DNA of 64,000 bases from the NCBI GenBank assembly GCA_038087875.1, contig CM075996.1, positions 7,318,001 through 7,382,000 of the forward strand, in the 5' to 3' direction. This DNA is from Malacoraja senta (Eukaryota). The notes beneath the pieces are model-generated. The model saw only the letters and a program-made list of their open reading frames with translations. It did not search any database and had not been told where the DNA came from. This document shows, one piece after another, positions 24,879 through 37,507 of the stretch. The translations under genes were made by a program, and so were the position numbers. Every line of letters starts with the position of its first letter. The first letter of the stretch is position 1.

Positions 24879-26102
24879 GTGAGAAAATATTCTTCCTGTT
24901 CCCCCTTTTATGCACGCACGCGCGCGCTGATGGACGGTTTCGAGACGACCGCCTGCAAAATTCATGTCACCTTGTGCTGCAGTCAAGGCTGAGGCTGAGT
25001 GTGAAAGAAGCATTATACTTCCATCTTCTTTGCATCACTCCGAAGATGTTGCCAGGACTCGAGGGCCTGATGTATAGGGAGAGGCTGGGCATGCTGGGAC
25101 TTTACTCGCATCACATCATGAGGGGAATAGATAGGGTGAATGGATGAGATAGGGTAAGTGAGTCCTTCACTCAGAGTACGGAATCAACCAGAGGACATGG
25201 GTTTACGGTGAGAGGGGAAAGATTTAATAGGAACCTGAGAGACAGAGGTTGGTGGGTGTATGGAACGTGTTACTGGAGGAGGTGGTTGAGGCAGGTACCG
25301 TAACACCATTTAAAAGATATTTTGACAGGAAAGGTTGAGAGGGATATGGGCCAAACGCAGGCAGGGGGGGACTTGTGTAAACGCAAAATGCGAGGTAACT
25401 CAGCGGAACGGGCAGCATCTCGGGTCTCGACCCGAAACGTCACCCATTCCTTCTCTCCAGAGATGCTGCCTGTCCCGCTGAGTTACTCCAGCTTTTTGTG
25501 TCTAGTAGAACAAAATAACCGAAAGATATGCAAAAATGTGACGATGCTATACGAAACACTGGACTACAACCCGTGCCCATGTATTCCTAAACAGATATGG
25601 ACGCGTGGCTGGAGGAGGTGTAGAATGGGATTTGAGAAAAAGTCTTTCGGGATTGTATACACTGGAGTTTAGAAGGATGAGAGGGATTCTCATTGAAACA
25701 TATAAGATTATTAACGGTTTGGACAAGCTAGAGGCAGGAAACATGTTCCCAATGTTGGGGGAGTCCAGAACCAGGGGCCACAGTTTAAGAATAAGGGGTA
25801 AGCCATTGAGAACGGAGACGAGGAAACACTTTTTCATACAGAGAGTTGTGAGTCTGTGGAATTCTCTGCCTCAGAGGGCAGTGGAGGCCGGTTCTCTGGA
25901 TACTTTCAAGAGAGAGCTAGATAGGGCTCTTAAAAATAGTGGAGTCGGGATATGGGAGAAGGCAGGAATGGGGTACTGATTTGGGATGATCAGCCATGAT
26001 CACATTGAATGGCTGTGCTGGCTCGAAGGGCTGAATGGCCTACTCCTGCACTTATTATCTATTATCTATTGATTGTTAACTTTTCTTTGCTTTTCCTTGC
26101 AG

Positions 26103-27073
26103 CATCCGTTGGTTTCTCGCCTTCATTACAGCGGGTACCACCGCACAGCATCATAAGGGAAGCTCTACCTTACAGGGATTGCTTATGCAATGGTGGACTG
26201 TCCAGCAGTAGGAACAGTGGCAACCATTACATGGGAGTCCACGGCGCCAAAAAGACAAGTGACAGCTTGGGCTTGTTGGATTCGTACATTCTTTCACCGA
26301 CGTCCTTGGACTGTTTGAGACGAGGGTTGCTGAGAAACATGGGCGGTCTGGAGCAATCAGAAACGTTGGGGGGCTCGAGAACGACAAGGACAGAGAAGAG
26401 TGGCCAGGCAGCGGCGATGGACGTGAAGACACCGGTGTTCTCCCCGGCCGCCGACTTGGCGATGAGAGGAAGGCTGGATCCGTTGGGGGTCGAGGTCGGC
26501 TGTCCAACGCGGAGAAGCGGCAGGTTCAGTCCGAGCACGGGTCGAAAGACGGTGGCCAACTCCCCTCTGCACAGGCTGGTGGGGCACGCCCAGGGCTCGC
26601 CTCCCTCGGAAGGGGTCGGTTGGGGCTTGGCCCTTGGCAATGGTGGCGGCATCTCCAACGGGCAGCAAAGACCATTGAACGGAGGAGGTTGCTCCAACTC
26701 GGGGAACCAGCCCGGCTCCTCCAGCATGTCTCAGACGTGTCCCGACAAGGCAGGGTCCAGCTCGGTCCCTTGCCACCAGAGCGTCACCAATCGGATCGGT
26801 TGCTCAGACAGCCGCCTGCGGCCCGAGGCCTACGACCCCTTCAATCCAACCGATGAAGAGAATATCAACGGGGGGTTCCTGGGCGGCGACTTTTCCCCGA
26901 AGGAGCGGACGGGCTTGGAGGAGGAGGAGGAGGAGGAGGAGCCCGAGGAGGAAGACGAGGAGAAGTACGACCCCTTTGATCCGACGGGTTCCATCGCCAG
27001 CTCAAACAACCTGAGCCCCATGGGAGACGAGTCGGAAGGCGAGCTGAAAATTGTCAGCGACGCCGGAATGAGC

Positions 27074-27106
<33 letters not shown>

Positions 27107-30100
27107 TGCATGAGCCCCGAGTACGAGATGGAGCCATCTCCGGAATCGCCCGCGTGTTTGTCGTCGGATGTGGAAGTGCAGGCGGGCTGTGGGCACGCGG
27201 CCAAGTCTAATCTAGAACCGGACGTCTACAGTTCTCCAGAGTACCGAGACTTAGAGCCCGAGCCCCCGGCCAACTTTGGCCAGGGGTTGAGCTCCATAAT
27301 GGGAGGAGAATTTGAAGCAGATACCAAGTTCCAGCGTGAAACTCAGCTTGACACCATCTCCCAGCCAGACTCCGACTCGGTTGACTTCGACTTTGATGCT
27401 CATTCCCCGAGCGAACTCATGATAGACGAGACAGTCGGCGCGATGCTCGAAGAGGAGGAGCCGGCCTCGCCGCCGGCCGCCGCCGTGGATTTTGGCTTCG
27501 CGCGCAAACCCGACCCCAAGATGGAGGCCAAGACCTCGAAGGCCGCCGAGAAATGGGGCCACGCCACGGAAGGGGGCGCCCCGTGGAAAGGTGAGCCGGG
27601 CAAAGAGGCGAGCTTCAAAGCAAAGTCGAGCGCCGGTGCTGCCGAGCCGCCCAGACACCAAGCGGCCTCGGTGCCGCAGAATGCTCCGAAGTATCGGAAG
27701 GACTCCGAGAGGGCTGCTCCCGAGTCGGCGGCAGCTCGGCAATCCCAAAGCCGGCCGGCGGAAAAGACAGGCTCGAGCAGCCGGGTTGTCTCCAAGTCGG
27801 CGTCGAAGCAGAAGTCGCGGGCGGAGGCGACGCGGGCGAAGGATAAATCGGGCGGCAAGGCGCACTCCAAGGCGGAGCACAAGAGCAAGTCCTCTTCCAC
27901 CGCCAGGTACCACCACAAATCCCACCGCACCGTGGAGAGAAAAGACAACCTGGTCTTCACGGTCAACGTGTCCAAGTGGCCCGAGGACGCACATACGTAT
28001 GACGACTCGGAGATAGAGGAGGGCGAGATTGTGCAGCAGGACGAGGAGAACTTCAGCCCGGCCAGAGCCTTCCGCACCCGCGGAAGAATCTTCGAGCGCC
28101 TGCGAGGAGTTGAAGGGGACGACTTCATCTCCCTCCACGCTGACTCCGACGAGGGGGCGCTGCAGATAGACCTGGGCGAAAACACCACCGAGGGGGTGCG
28201 GAAGAAGTTGGATTGCCGGAGGAAGGTGCCGGACCTGCAGAGGGAGAAGCTCCCCAAACACTCCAGGTCACCGGCCGAGTCCAAAGGCCAGTCCGGCTCG
28301 CATTCCGAGTCCAGCTCCCGCAGCCGGAAGAAGCGCAAGCGGGAACACAAGAAGAGCCGCTCGAAGGACCAGAAACGCTCCCGGTCCCAGTCCCGCGAGC
28401 GCAAAAGGTCCACGTCCAGATCCAGGTTGCGGATCCATCACAAGAAGTCCCGATCGAGATCCCGGTCGTGGGAGAGGAGGAGGTCGAGCTCTCGGTCACG
28501 CCATAAGGTCTCGCGGTCCCGCACCCACTCGAGGGAGCACCGCCGGTCCCGGTCCTGGTCGCCTTCCATCAGCACCAGCGTGTCGGCGCTGGGCTCCATG
28601 AGGGCTTCGGCCGAGCGGTGGAAGGGGCGGCCGCCCCAGGCGAGGGAGAGCGCGGCCTTCCACCGCTCCCGCTCCAGCAGCAAGTCCAGGAAGGAGAGGC
28701 GCAAGAAGGAGAAGCACCGCGAGCTGGAGGCCGCCAAGCGGCGCAGGCACTCGCGGTCACGGTCCAAGGAGAGGTCGCAGAGGGAGAAGAGGCAGCCCAG
28801 CCCTTCCCCGCACAGGCCGAAAGAAAAGAACGAGAAAAGAGAAGGACAGGAGCAGAGAGAGAAACCCTGTCAGCGAAAAGAAGCACGAGAAGGCAGCAAA
28901 GGGAAGAAGGGACAGCAGGATCGTGGTTCCTCCTTCCATTCAGGAGCTGAACGACGACGCCGACATATTGATCAAGGCCCGCTCCATCACCAGGACGATT
29001 ACTGTCAACACAGGAGAGGCCATGGTAGACCATGAGGAGTCGATGGAGGTGGCAGTCCTCTCGCCAACCCGGGAGGCCCTGTACGACTCGGACGATCTAG
29101 GCTTTGAGAACAGCTTCTCCGATGCGGAGCCCGCGGATCACCTGCAGGATGCCAGGCTGCCCGGGAAAGGTCTGGACGGCAAGAACGAGCGGCGGATCCT
29201 TCACGAGAAGAGCCACCGGGCGGGGGAAGCCGGTGCCAAAGCGGCCAAGGTCAAGGAGCGGAAGAGAGCTCACCCGGAGGAGAAGACGGCCAAGGAGAAG
29301 CGGCGGAAAAAGCTGACCGACGGGCAGAAGGTGGGGGTGGGGGGGCGGCGGCAGCGGCGGCGGCCACCGCGGCCGACAGCCTGAAGGCGGAGAAGAAGGC
29401 CACGAAGGAGCACCTGATGGGCGGCCAGTCGGGGAAGAAGATGAAGGCGCCGGCCAAGGAGAGCAAGCAGCAGGTGCCGCGGAAGGTGAAGCTCCAGTCC
29501 AAGGTGGCTGTCCTCATCCGAGACGGGGTGACCTGCGCCGCCTCCATGAAGGAGGACCGCGGCAAGGGCGGCGGCCTGATCGGCGTCAAGTTCAGCCGCG
29601 ACCGGGAGAGCCGGTCGCCCTTCATGAAGACCGAGGACAAGCACCACGAGCCGAAGGGCGGGCGGCACCGCGCCGCCGACGTCCCGGACAACAAGGGCGC
29701 GCCGATACGGGTGGCGAAGGGCAAGGCCGCGGCCAAGCCCCGCTCGGCGGCAAAGAAGGCCAGGGTGCCCAGCGGCAAGGTCAAGGGGTCCGGCAAGAAG
29801 AAGAAGGAGGCCAAGCCCAAGGCGGCCCTGAAGAAGGCGCCCAGCGAGAGTGGTGGTGGTGGCAGCAGCAGCAGCAGCAGCAGCAGTAGCAGCAGCAGCA
29901 GTAGCAGCAGCAGCAAGAGCTCCAGCCCCTTCAGGATCAAGGAGGAGCTGCTGTGGTCTTCCTCGGAGAAGTCCGACGACAAGCCCGCCCTGCCCAGCCC
30001 CGCCAAGGACGCGGTGGAGCTGGGCCTCTCCCCCCTCTCGCAGATCTCCGAGACCACCTCGCAGCCCCTGGAGCCGGCCTTCGTGCCGAAGGAGCCCCCG

Positions 30101-30248
30101 CTGCACCAGCCCCCGCCCCCATCCCCCCCGCAGCAGCCGAAGGATTACCACGAGCACACCGACACTTCGAAGGTCAACGGGGACAAGCCACGGGCCGTGG
30201 GCAAACCGCTGTCCTGGGACCTCCAGACCGGAGGAGGAATGTTAGCAC
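26103..30248 (+). CDS. SCAF1: SCAF1 large RS-rich exon (4146 nt; two compensating 1-nt frameshifts near 28835 and 29340)
   Basis: SCAF1-diagnostic motifs occur in order: [19 protein letters not shown], poly-[34 protein letters not shown] domain, [50 protein letters not shown], poly-S, GGGMLA. Acceptor ttttccttgcag at 26102, donor C|gtgagt at 30249; net length keeps phase 1. Confidence 0.9.
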
Positions 30249-30306
30249 GTGAGTAGTCCTGGCAACAAGCAGAACTGACCTCGAGCTTTCCTCCCGTCAC
30301 CGTAAT

Positions 30307-30630
30307 GGGCGGCATGGTGGAGCAGCGGTAGAGTTGCCGCCATTCCGTGAATGCAGCGGCGGAGACCCGGGTTCCATCCCGACCACGGGTGCTGTCTGTA
30401 CGGAGTTTGTACGTTCTCCCCGTGACCTGCGTGGGTTTTCTCCGAGATCTTCGGTTCCCTCCCACACTCCAAAGACGTCCAGGTTTGTAGGTTAATTGGC
30501 TTGGTAAATGTAAAACTTGTCCCTGGTGGGTGTAGGATAGTGTTAATGTGCGGGGATCGCTGGTCGTCGCGGACCCGGTGGGCCAAAAGGCCCTATTTCC
30601 GCACTGTATCTCTAAACTAAACTAAACTAA
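30307..30630 (+). mobile_element. tRNA-derived V-SINE (HE1-like), full-length example of a very abundant family
   Basis: A-box TGGnGCAGCGG and B-box GGTTCnATCC head, V-domain GTTCTCCCCGTG...GGTTTCCTCCCACACTCCAAAGAC, CR1-like tail GGGCCGAAGGGCCTGTTTCC and (CTAAA)n. More than 25 copies or fragments, e.g. 410-703(-), 3133-3442(-), 3910-4180(+), 5101-5383(-), 6205-6480(-), 14999-15580(+), 16975-17236(-), 42125-42455(+), 48366-48625(+), 53895-54193(-), 54703-55030(-), 57590-57866(+), 59200-59605(+). Confidence 0.88.
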
Positions 30631-32715
30631 GCCTCTGCCTCCATGCCTTTTTCTATGGGAAGGAGTTCTCACCACCCAGTGATGACCCCTTCTCCCATCA
30701 CCACCGGTCCCCCTACTCTTGGACTCTACCCCCCCTCTAGACCTTTTTATTTCCAGCTGCCGGCGGCACATCAACCGTCTCAACATTTCCACTCCCTTTA
30801 CCTACTCTAACCCCCCGCCCCCCCACAAAAGTCTACAGTAAACATCGTCCCATAACAGTGCGACCAAAACTGAACACACCTGGGGGCCAGTCTGAAGAAT
30901 GGACTGGGCTATCCCTCCATAGATGCTGCCTGACCCATTCATTTCCCCCAGCAGTCTGTTTTTGGCTGTGTCAATGTTTCGTCTATTTGGAACGTTACGT
31001 CAAAAGATAGACACAAAAAGCTGGAGTGACTCAGCGGGACAACTTTTTGTGTCTATCTTCGGATTAAACCAGCATCTGCAGTTCCTTTGAGGATTGGAGA
31101 AACAGCATCTCATATTTCGCTTGGGCAGCTTACAGAACAGTGTTCTGATTGCTGATTTCTCTCACTTCAGGTAACCCCGGCATTCCCTCTCTCTCCATCC
31201 CTCACCCACCCAAGTCACACCAGCTTCTTGTTTTCACCCAACAAACAGCTAACAATGGCCTGTTTCCTTTATCATCGTTACTTTTTTTCAATATTTTTCA
31301 TTCGATGTGCTTTATCTCTCTACATCACTGTCTATATCTCTCGTTTCCCTTTTCCCTAACCAGTCGGAAGAAGGGTGTCGACCCGAAACGTCACCCATTC
31401 CTTCTCTCCAGAGACACTGCCTGTCCCGCTGAGTTACTCCAGCAATTTGTGACTATCTTCGATTTTAACCAGCATCTGCAGTTCCTTCCTGCACTAAGTG
31501 TAGTTTGGTTTGTTGTTGTCATGTGTACCAAGCCGTATTAGAAATGAACGGCTGATGCTGGGTTGTACCATAGATAGACACAAAATGCTGGAGTAACTCC
31601 GCGGGTCAGGCAGCACCTCTGGAGAACATGGGTAGGTGACTATTCAGGTCGGGGCCCTTCTTCAGACAGCGAAAAGCTTTTGTTTGCGTGCTATCCAGTC
31701 AAAGCTAAAACTACTCATAAATACAATAGACAATAGGTGCAGGAGTAGGCCATTTGGCCCTTCGGGCCAGCAACGCCATTCAATGTGATCATGGCTGATC
31801 ATCCCCAATCAGTACCCCGTTCCTGCCTTCTCCCCATACCCCCTGACTCCGCTATCTTTAAGAGCCCTATCTAGCTCTCTCTTGAAAGTATCCAGAGAAC
31901 CGGCCTCCACCGCCCTCTGAGGCAGAGACAATACAATCAAGCCATCCACACAAATCCAATCAGGCACTAAAAAGGAAAAAGGACATGTTGTGTAAAGATA
32001 TGACTGAAGTCTGATTAAAGATGGTTCAAAGACCTCCAATGGGGTAGATGGGAGGTCAGGGTCGCACTCTAACTTATTCGAGGATGGTTCAGTTACCTGA
32101 TAACAGCTAGGATGTAACAGTCTAGGAAGGAACTGCAGATGCTGGTTTACACCGAAGATAAACACAAAATGCTGGAGTAACTCAGCGGGACAGGCAGCAT
32201 CTCTGGATAAGGCAGCAGCCCCTTTGATGTCTGTTTTTCACACCTTACACTTCCTTATCACTGTGTCTCCCTCTCCCCTGACTCTCAGTCTGAAGAAGGG
32301 TCTCGACGTGAAACGTTTCACCAGTGATCACCCCCATACGCCATCAGTGTCCCACACACTGGGGACAATTTATAATTTAGAAAAGCCAATTAACCTGCAA
32401 ACCTGTGGACGAAGAAACTGCAGATGTGGGAGGAAACCGGAGCACCCGGAGGAAACCCACGAGATCACGGGGAGAACGTACAAACTCCGTAAGCAGCAGC
32501 ACCCGTGGTCAGGATCGACCACGGTCTCTGGCGCTGTAAGGCAGCAACTCTACCGCTGCGCCACCGTGCCGCCTCGTTTAATCAACAGCAATAAAATACG
32601 TTGAAATCCATATGTGACATCTGTGGAGTGAATGGACAGGCAGGACCTGAAATGTCGCCCGTCCATTCCCTCCACAGATGCTGCCTGACCCACTGAGTTC
32701 CTCCAGCACTTTGTG

Positions 32716-33272
32716 GGTAGACAAAAATGCTGGAGAAACTCAGCGGGTGAGGCAGCATCTATGGAGCGAAGGAATGGGTGACGTTTCGGGTCGAGACCCT
32801 TCTTCAGACTGATGTGGGGGTGGGGGGGAGGGGCGGAGACAGTGGGCTGTGGGAGAGCTGGGAAGGGGAGGGGAAGGAGGGAGAAAGCAAGGACTACCTG
32901 AAATTGGAGAAGCCAATGTTCAGACCGCTGGGGTGTAAACTGCCCAAGCGAAATATGAGGTGCTGCTCCTCCAATTTGCGGTGGGACTCACTCTGGCCGT
33001 GGAGGAGGCCCAGGACAGAGAGGTCGGATCCGGAATGGGAGGGGGGGTTGAAGTGCTGAGCCACCGGGAGATCAGGTTAGTTATTGCGAACCGAGCGGAG
33101 GTGTTGGGTGAAGCGATCTCCAAGCCTGCGCTTGGTCTCACCGATGTAGAGCAGCTGACATCTAGAGCAGCGGATGCAATAGATGAGGTTGGAGGAGATG
33201 CAGGTGAACTCTGCCGCACCTGGAAAGGCTGCTTGGGTCCTTGAATGGAGTCGAGGGGGGAGATAAAGCAAC
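32716..33272 (-). mobile_element. Penelope-like element GIY-YIG remnant + 3'UTR hammerhead motif
   Basis: FTCISSNLIYCIRCSRCQLLYIGETKRRLGDRFTQHLRSV; hammerhead core at 32807-32780. Other PLE pieces at 14900-14990, 15585-15975, 30665-30810, 31090-31490, 35370-35600, 37810-38310 and 38540-38895. Confidence 0.88.
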
Positions 33273-34956
33273 ACTTTGTGTTCTGTGCACTAGACTACCC
33301 ATGGCTTTACCTGTTCTTCAGCTTCGACTAATCGGTAGTAAAGAAAGCAAACTCAATGCTAGCATTTGTTTCAAGAGGGCTTGTATACAAAAACGGATGT
33401 AATGCTGAGGCTCTATAAGGCGCTGGTAAGGCCTCATTTGGACTATTGTGAGCAATTTTGGTCACCATATCTGAGGAAGGATGCACTGTTTTCTTGCACT
33501 ATTCCCCACGTCGCTCAGCGTCCAGCAATCCGTTGATCTCGACTTTAACTACTCCAATGGCTTCTCAGTTACATAGAAACATAGACATAGAAAATAGGTG
33601 CAGGAGGAGGCCATTCGAGCCAGCACTGCCATTCATTGTGATCATGGCTGATCGTCCCCAATCAATAACCTGTGCCTGCCGTCTCCCCATATCCTTTGAT
33701 TCCACTAGCCCCTAGAGCTCTATCTAACTCTCCCTTAAATCCATCCAGTGATTTGGCCTCCACTGCCCTCTGTGGCAGGGAATTCCACAAATTCACAACT
33801 CTCTGGGTGAAAAAGTTTTTTCTCACCTCAGTCTTAAATGGCCTCCCCTTTATTCTAAGTGTGGCCCCTGGTTCTGGACTCGCTCAACATTGGGAAAAAA
33901 ATTCCTGCATCTAGCTTGTCCAGTCCTTTCAGAATTGTATATGTTTCTATAAGATCCCCCCTCATCTTTCTAAACTCCAGTGAATACAAGCCTAGTCTTT
34001 TTCAATCTTTCCTCATATGACAGTCCCGCCATCCCAGGGATCAATCTCGTGAACCTACGCTGCACTGCCTCAATCACAAGGATGTCCTTCCTCAAATTAG
34101 GAGACAGTTAAACACGCACAATCGCCAGCAATGGCCTCATCATATTAGTAACTAAAATATCCACTAAAATTCTCCCAAGATTGTAAACGTTGTCTTGCCA
34201 GTCATCTTATCTCCCCCCCCCCCCCCCCTCCCCCCGCATTTAGGAGATTGAACAAAATAAACTCATCAGGTCAAGCAGTATCTGTGGAGCCAAATGGAGT
34301 ATGTCAACATTTTGGATTGAGAACATGCATTGTTTCTGATGCTGCTTGGCCAGCTGAGATGTTCTCAGCATCCTATCAGTCAGGCAGCATCTCTGGAGGA
34401 CCTGGGGGTCTGAAGAAAAGTCCTGACTTGAAACATCACTTATCCATGTTATCTAGATGAGCTGAAGATAGACACCAAGTGCTGGAGTAACTCAGCAGGT
34501 CAGGCAGCATCTCTGGAGAAACTCTGTCCTCAGCCTGAAGAAGGACCCCTACATCCTTGCAGAGTTACTCCAGCACTGTGTGCCTGTCTTCAGTATAAGC
34601 CAGTGTCTGCAGTTCCTTCCTGCACCATTATTTCTATAGCCACCTGTGCAAGTCCGTGGAAGAACGCAAGGAATTGTGTAAGGATTAGAGATAAAAACGT
34701 GGACTAAAATCATCTCCCTGTTTCCATTGTCACGTGTCCTAACATTTGCATGCCCCTAACTTCAACTAATACTGTATATCTTCCGTATAAACTAGCACTT
34801 GCAGTTCCTTTCTATACTTCTCCAGAGATGCTGCCTGATCTGCAGATTTACTCCAGCTTTTTATTTATTTTTTTAATCCATCATCCGCACTTCCTTGTGT
34901 CTCCACCTTGTTTTTTGGTCCAGATTCCAACATCTGCAGTCTCTCTTGCCTCCTAT

Positions 34957-35156
34957 NNNNNNNNNNNNNNNNNNNNNNNNNNNNNNNNNNNNNNNNNNNN
35001 NNNNNNNNNNNNNNNNNNNNNNNNNNNNNNNNNNNNNNNNNNNNNNNNNNNNNNNNNNNNNNNNNNNNNNNNNNNNNNNNNNNNNNNNNNNNNNNNNNNN
35101 NNNNNNNNNNNNNNNNNNNNNNNNNNNNNNNNNNNNNNNNNNNNNNNNNNNNNNNN
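34957..35156. other. Assembly gap (200 N)
   Basis: Run of exactly 200 N, typical of a scaffolding join of unknown size. Confidence 0.98.
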
Positions 35157-36471
35157 TTTCTCCGAGATCTTTGGCTTCCTCCCGCACTCCCAAAGACGTG
35201 CAGGTTTGTAGGTTAACTGGCTTGGGGTTGTATCTTTGGTATAAGCATAAATTGTCCCTAGTGTGTGTAGGATAGTGTTAATGTGCGGGGATCGCTGGTT
35301 AAGTGCGGACTCGGTGGGCCGAAGGGCCTGTTTCTGCGCTGTATCTCCAAACTAAACTAAACTAATATAAGGTCGACAAAAATGCTGGAGAAATTCAGCG
35401 GGTGAGGCAGCATCTATGGAGCGAAGGAATAGGTGACGTTTCGGGTCGAGACCCTTCTTCAGACTGATGTGGCGGTGGGGGGAGGCGGGAAGAAGACAGG
35501 AAGAGGCGGAGACAGTGGGCTGTGGGAGAGCTGGGAAGGGGAGGGGAAGGAGGGAGAAAGCAAGGACTACCTGAAATTGGAGGAGTCAATGTTCATACAC
35601 TGCAAGGGCCAGGAAGCGAGCGGGCAAGATCATCTCTGACCCCTCTCACCCTGGCCACAAACTCTTTGAATCACTTCCCTCTGGAAGGCGACTCCGGATT
35701 GTCAAAGCCGCCACAGCCAGACATAAAAACAGTTTTATCCACGAGTAGTTGCTCTACTCAACAGCCAAAAATCTGTAGCCTCCCTTTGAACTGGTATTTT
35801 GTTGGTTCACATGCTTGATCAACGGTGTTTTATCATTAATGTTTTATTATTATTATTAATGTTTGGTGTTTTCTGAGTCATTCGTAACTGTCACTGTATG
35901 TCATGTTGTTACTTGTGGGCGGAGCACCAAGGCAAATTCCTTGTATGTGAAGTCTGAAGAAGGGTTTCGGCCCGAAATGTTGCCTATTTCCTTCGCTCCA
36001 TAGATGCTGCTGCACCCGCTGAGTTTCTCCAGCATTTTTGTCTACCTTCCTTGTATGTGAATACTTGGCCAATAAACTTACCTATTTACTGTCGGGGTGT
36101 AAACTACCCAAGCAAAATATGAGGTGCTGCTGCTCCTAGATTGGATTTGACTTTTGCACTAAAAAAGGTGATGAGAGAAGGTTCTGGGAACAGGTTTTGC
36201 CTGATACTCTGCAATAGATGTTTATTCACTGCCTCGGATAGCACCCTAAGGGCATGTGGGTGGTACTTGGGTGCAGCATCCGTATTTGGCATGGAATGAG
36301 ATATTTGCAGAGGCATCTTTACAAATTGCACGTATCACCCTGGAGGGGAGAACGCACCAGCCAAGCTTGTTCAACGATCAACCGGCATATAATTTTATCG
36401 GACAAAGCAGCGGCATTATTGTGCACAGCCAAATGACTAAGAAAGATGCTGTTGCCAAGAACCTTTCACAG

Positions 36472-37507
36472 TTTTTTTTTTAATCTATCTAAATCAAAAA
36501 TATTTATTCAAATATTAAAATAGTATTCACAACACAATAAAATAAAGCAGAACCCTCCACCATAATACAATAGGTTGTATAGGGCTCTGGTGAGAACCAC
36601 ATCTGGAGTATTGTGTACAGTTTTGGTTTCCTAATTTGAGGAAGGACATCCTTGTGATTGAGGCAGTGCAGCGTAGGTTCACCAGATTGATCCCTGGGAT
36701 GGCGGGACTGTCATATGAGGAAAGATTGAAAAGACTAGGCTTGTATTCACTGGAGTTTAGAAGGATGAGGGGGAAATCTTATAGAAACATATAAAATTAT
36801 AAAAGGACTGAACAAGCTAGATGGAGGAAATATGTTCCCAATGTTGGGCGAGTCCAGAACCAGGGGCCACAGTCTTAGAATAAAGGGGAGGTCATTAAGA
36901 CTGAGGTGAGAAAAAACTTTTTCACCCAGAGAGTTGTGAATTTGTGGAATTCCCTGCCACAGAGGGCAGTGGAGGCCAAATCACTGGATGGATTTAAGAG
37001 AGAGTTAGATAGAGCTCTAGGGGGCTAGTGGAATCAAGGGATATGGGAGAAGGCAGGCACGGGTTATTGATAGGGGACGATCAGCTATGATCATAATGAA
37101 TGGCAGTGCTGGCTCGAAGGGCCGAATGGCCTCCTCCTGCACCTATTTTCTATGTTTCTATGTTTCTAATACAAACAAACAAAAACTGCTATACAACTAT
37201 GTTTCACTCCTTGTCGAGGATGCATTCCACCCCCCCGCGGGGCCAGCGGTCATGGAAATGACCCCCAGTGCGCCCGTGGACAGCGCGTAGTCCCTCTCTC
37301 GTGCCACAGACGTAACCCCGGAAAAGGGGCAGGCAGCCGGCTCGGGCAGAGCCCTCTTCCGCCTGGCGCCGTGACTCGCGGATGGCCCAGCTTGGCCAGG
37401 CCCAGGATCAACCCAACCAGGACACCTTCAGCCCCAAAACCCTCTCCCCTACGCACAGGGGTGTCCAAAGATGAGGGTGGTGGGTGAAAAATGCAGCCAG
37501 AAGGCAA
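36472..37507 (-). mobile_element. Tx1/L1-like LINE 3' end interrupted by a CR1 insertion (36572-37165)
   Basis: VLVGLILGLAKL motif, AATAAA-poly(A) end, and TAATACAA duplicated on both sides of the CR1 insert. Confidence 0.6.

Noticed and set aside
26009..26102. Start of the 1008-aa ORF (MAVLARRAEWPTP...)
   Set aside because: It is read from a CR1 3'UTR and the intronic pyrimidine tract; the real exon starts at the AG at 26102.
27251..30157. Long antisense and alternative-frame ORFs (up to 337 aa) over the SCAF1 exon
   Set aside because: These are shadow ORFs expected from GC-rich, low-complexity coding sequence; no recognisable domains.
30307..30385. tRNA-like A/B boxes at many positions
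   Set aside because: All are SINE heads continuing into the V-domain and LINE tail; none forms a complete tRNA cloverleaf.
34750..35275. ORFs spanning the N run
   Set aside because: Artefacts of translating through the assembly gap.
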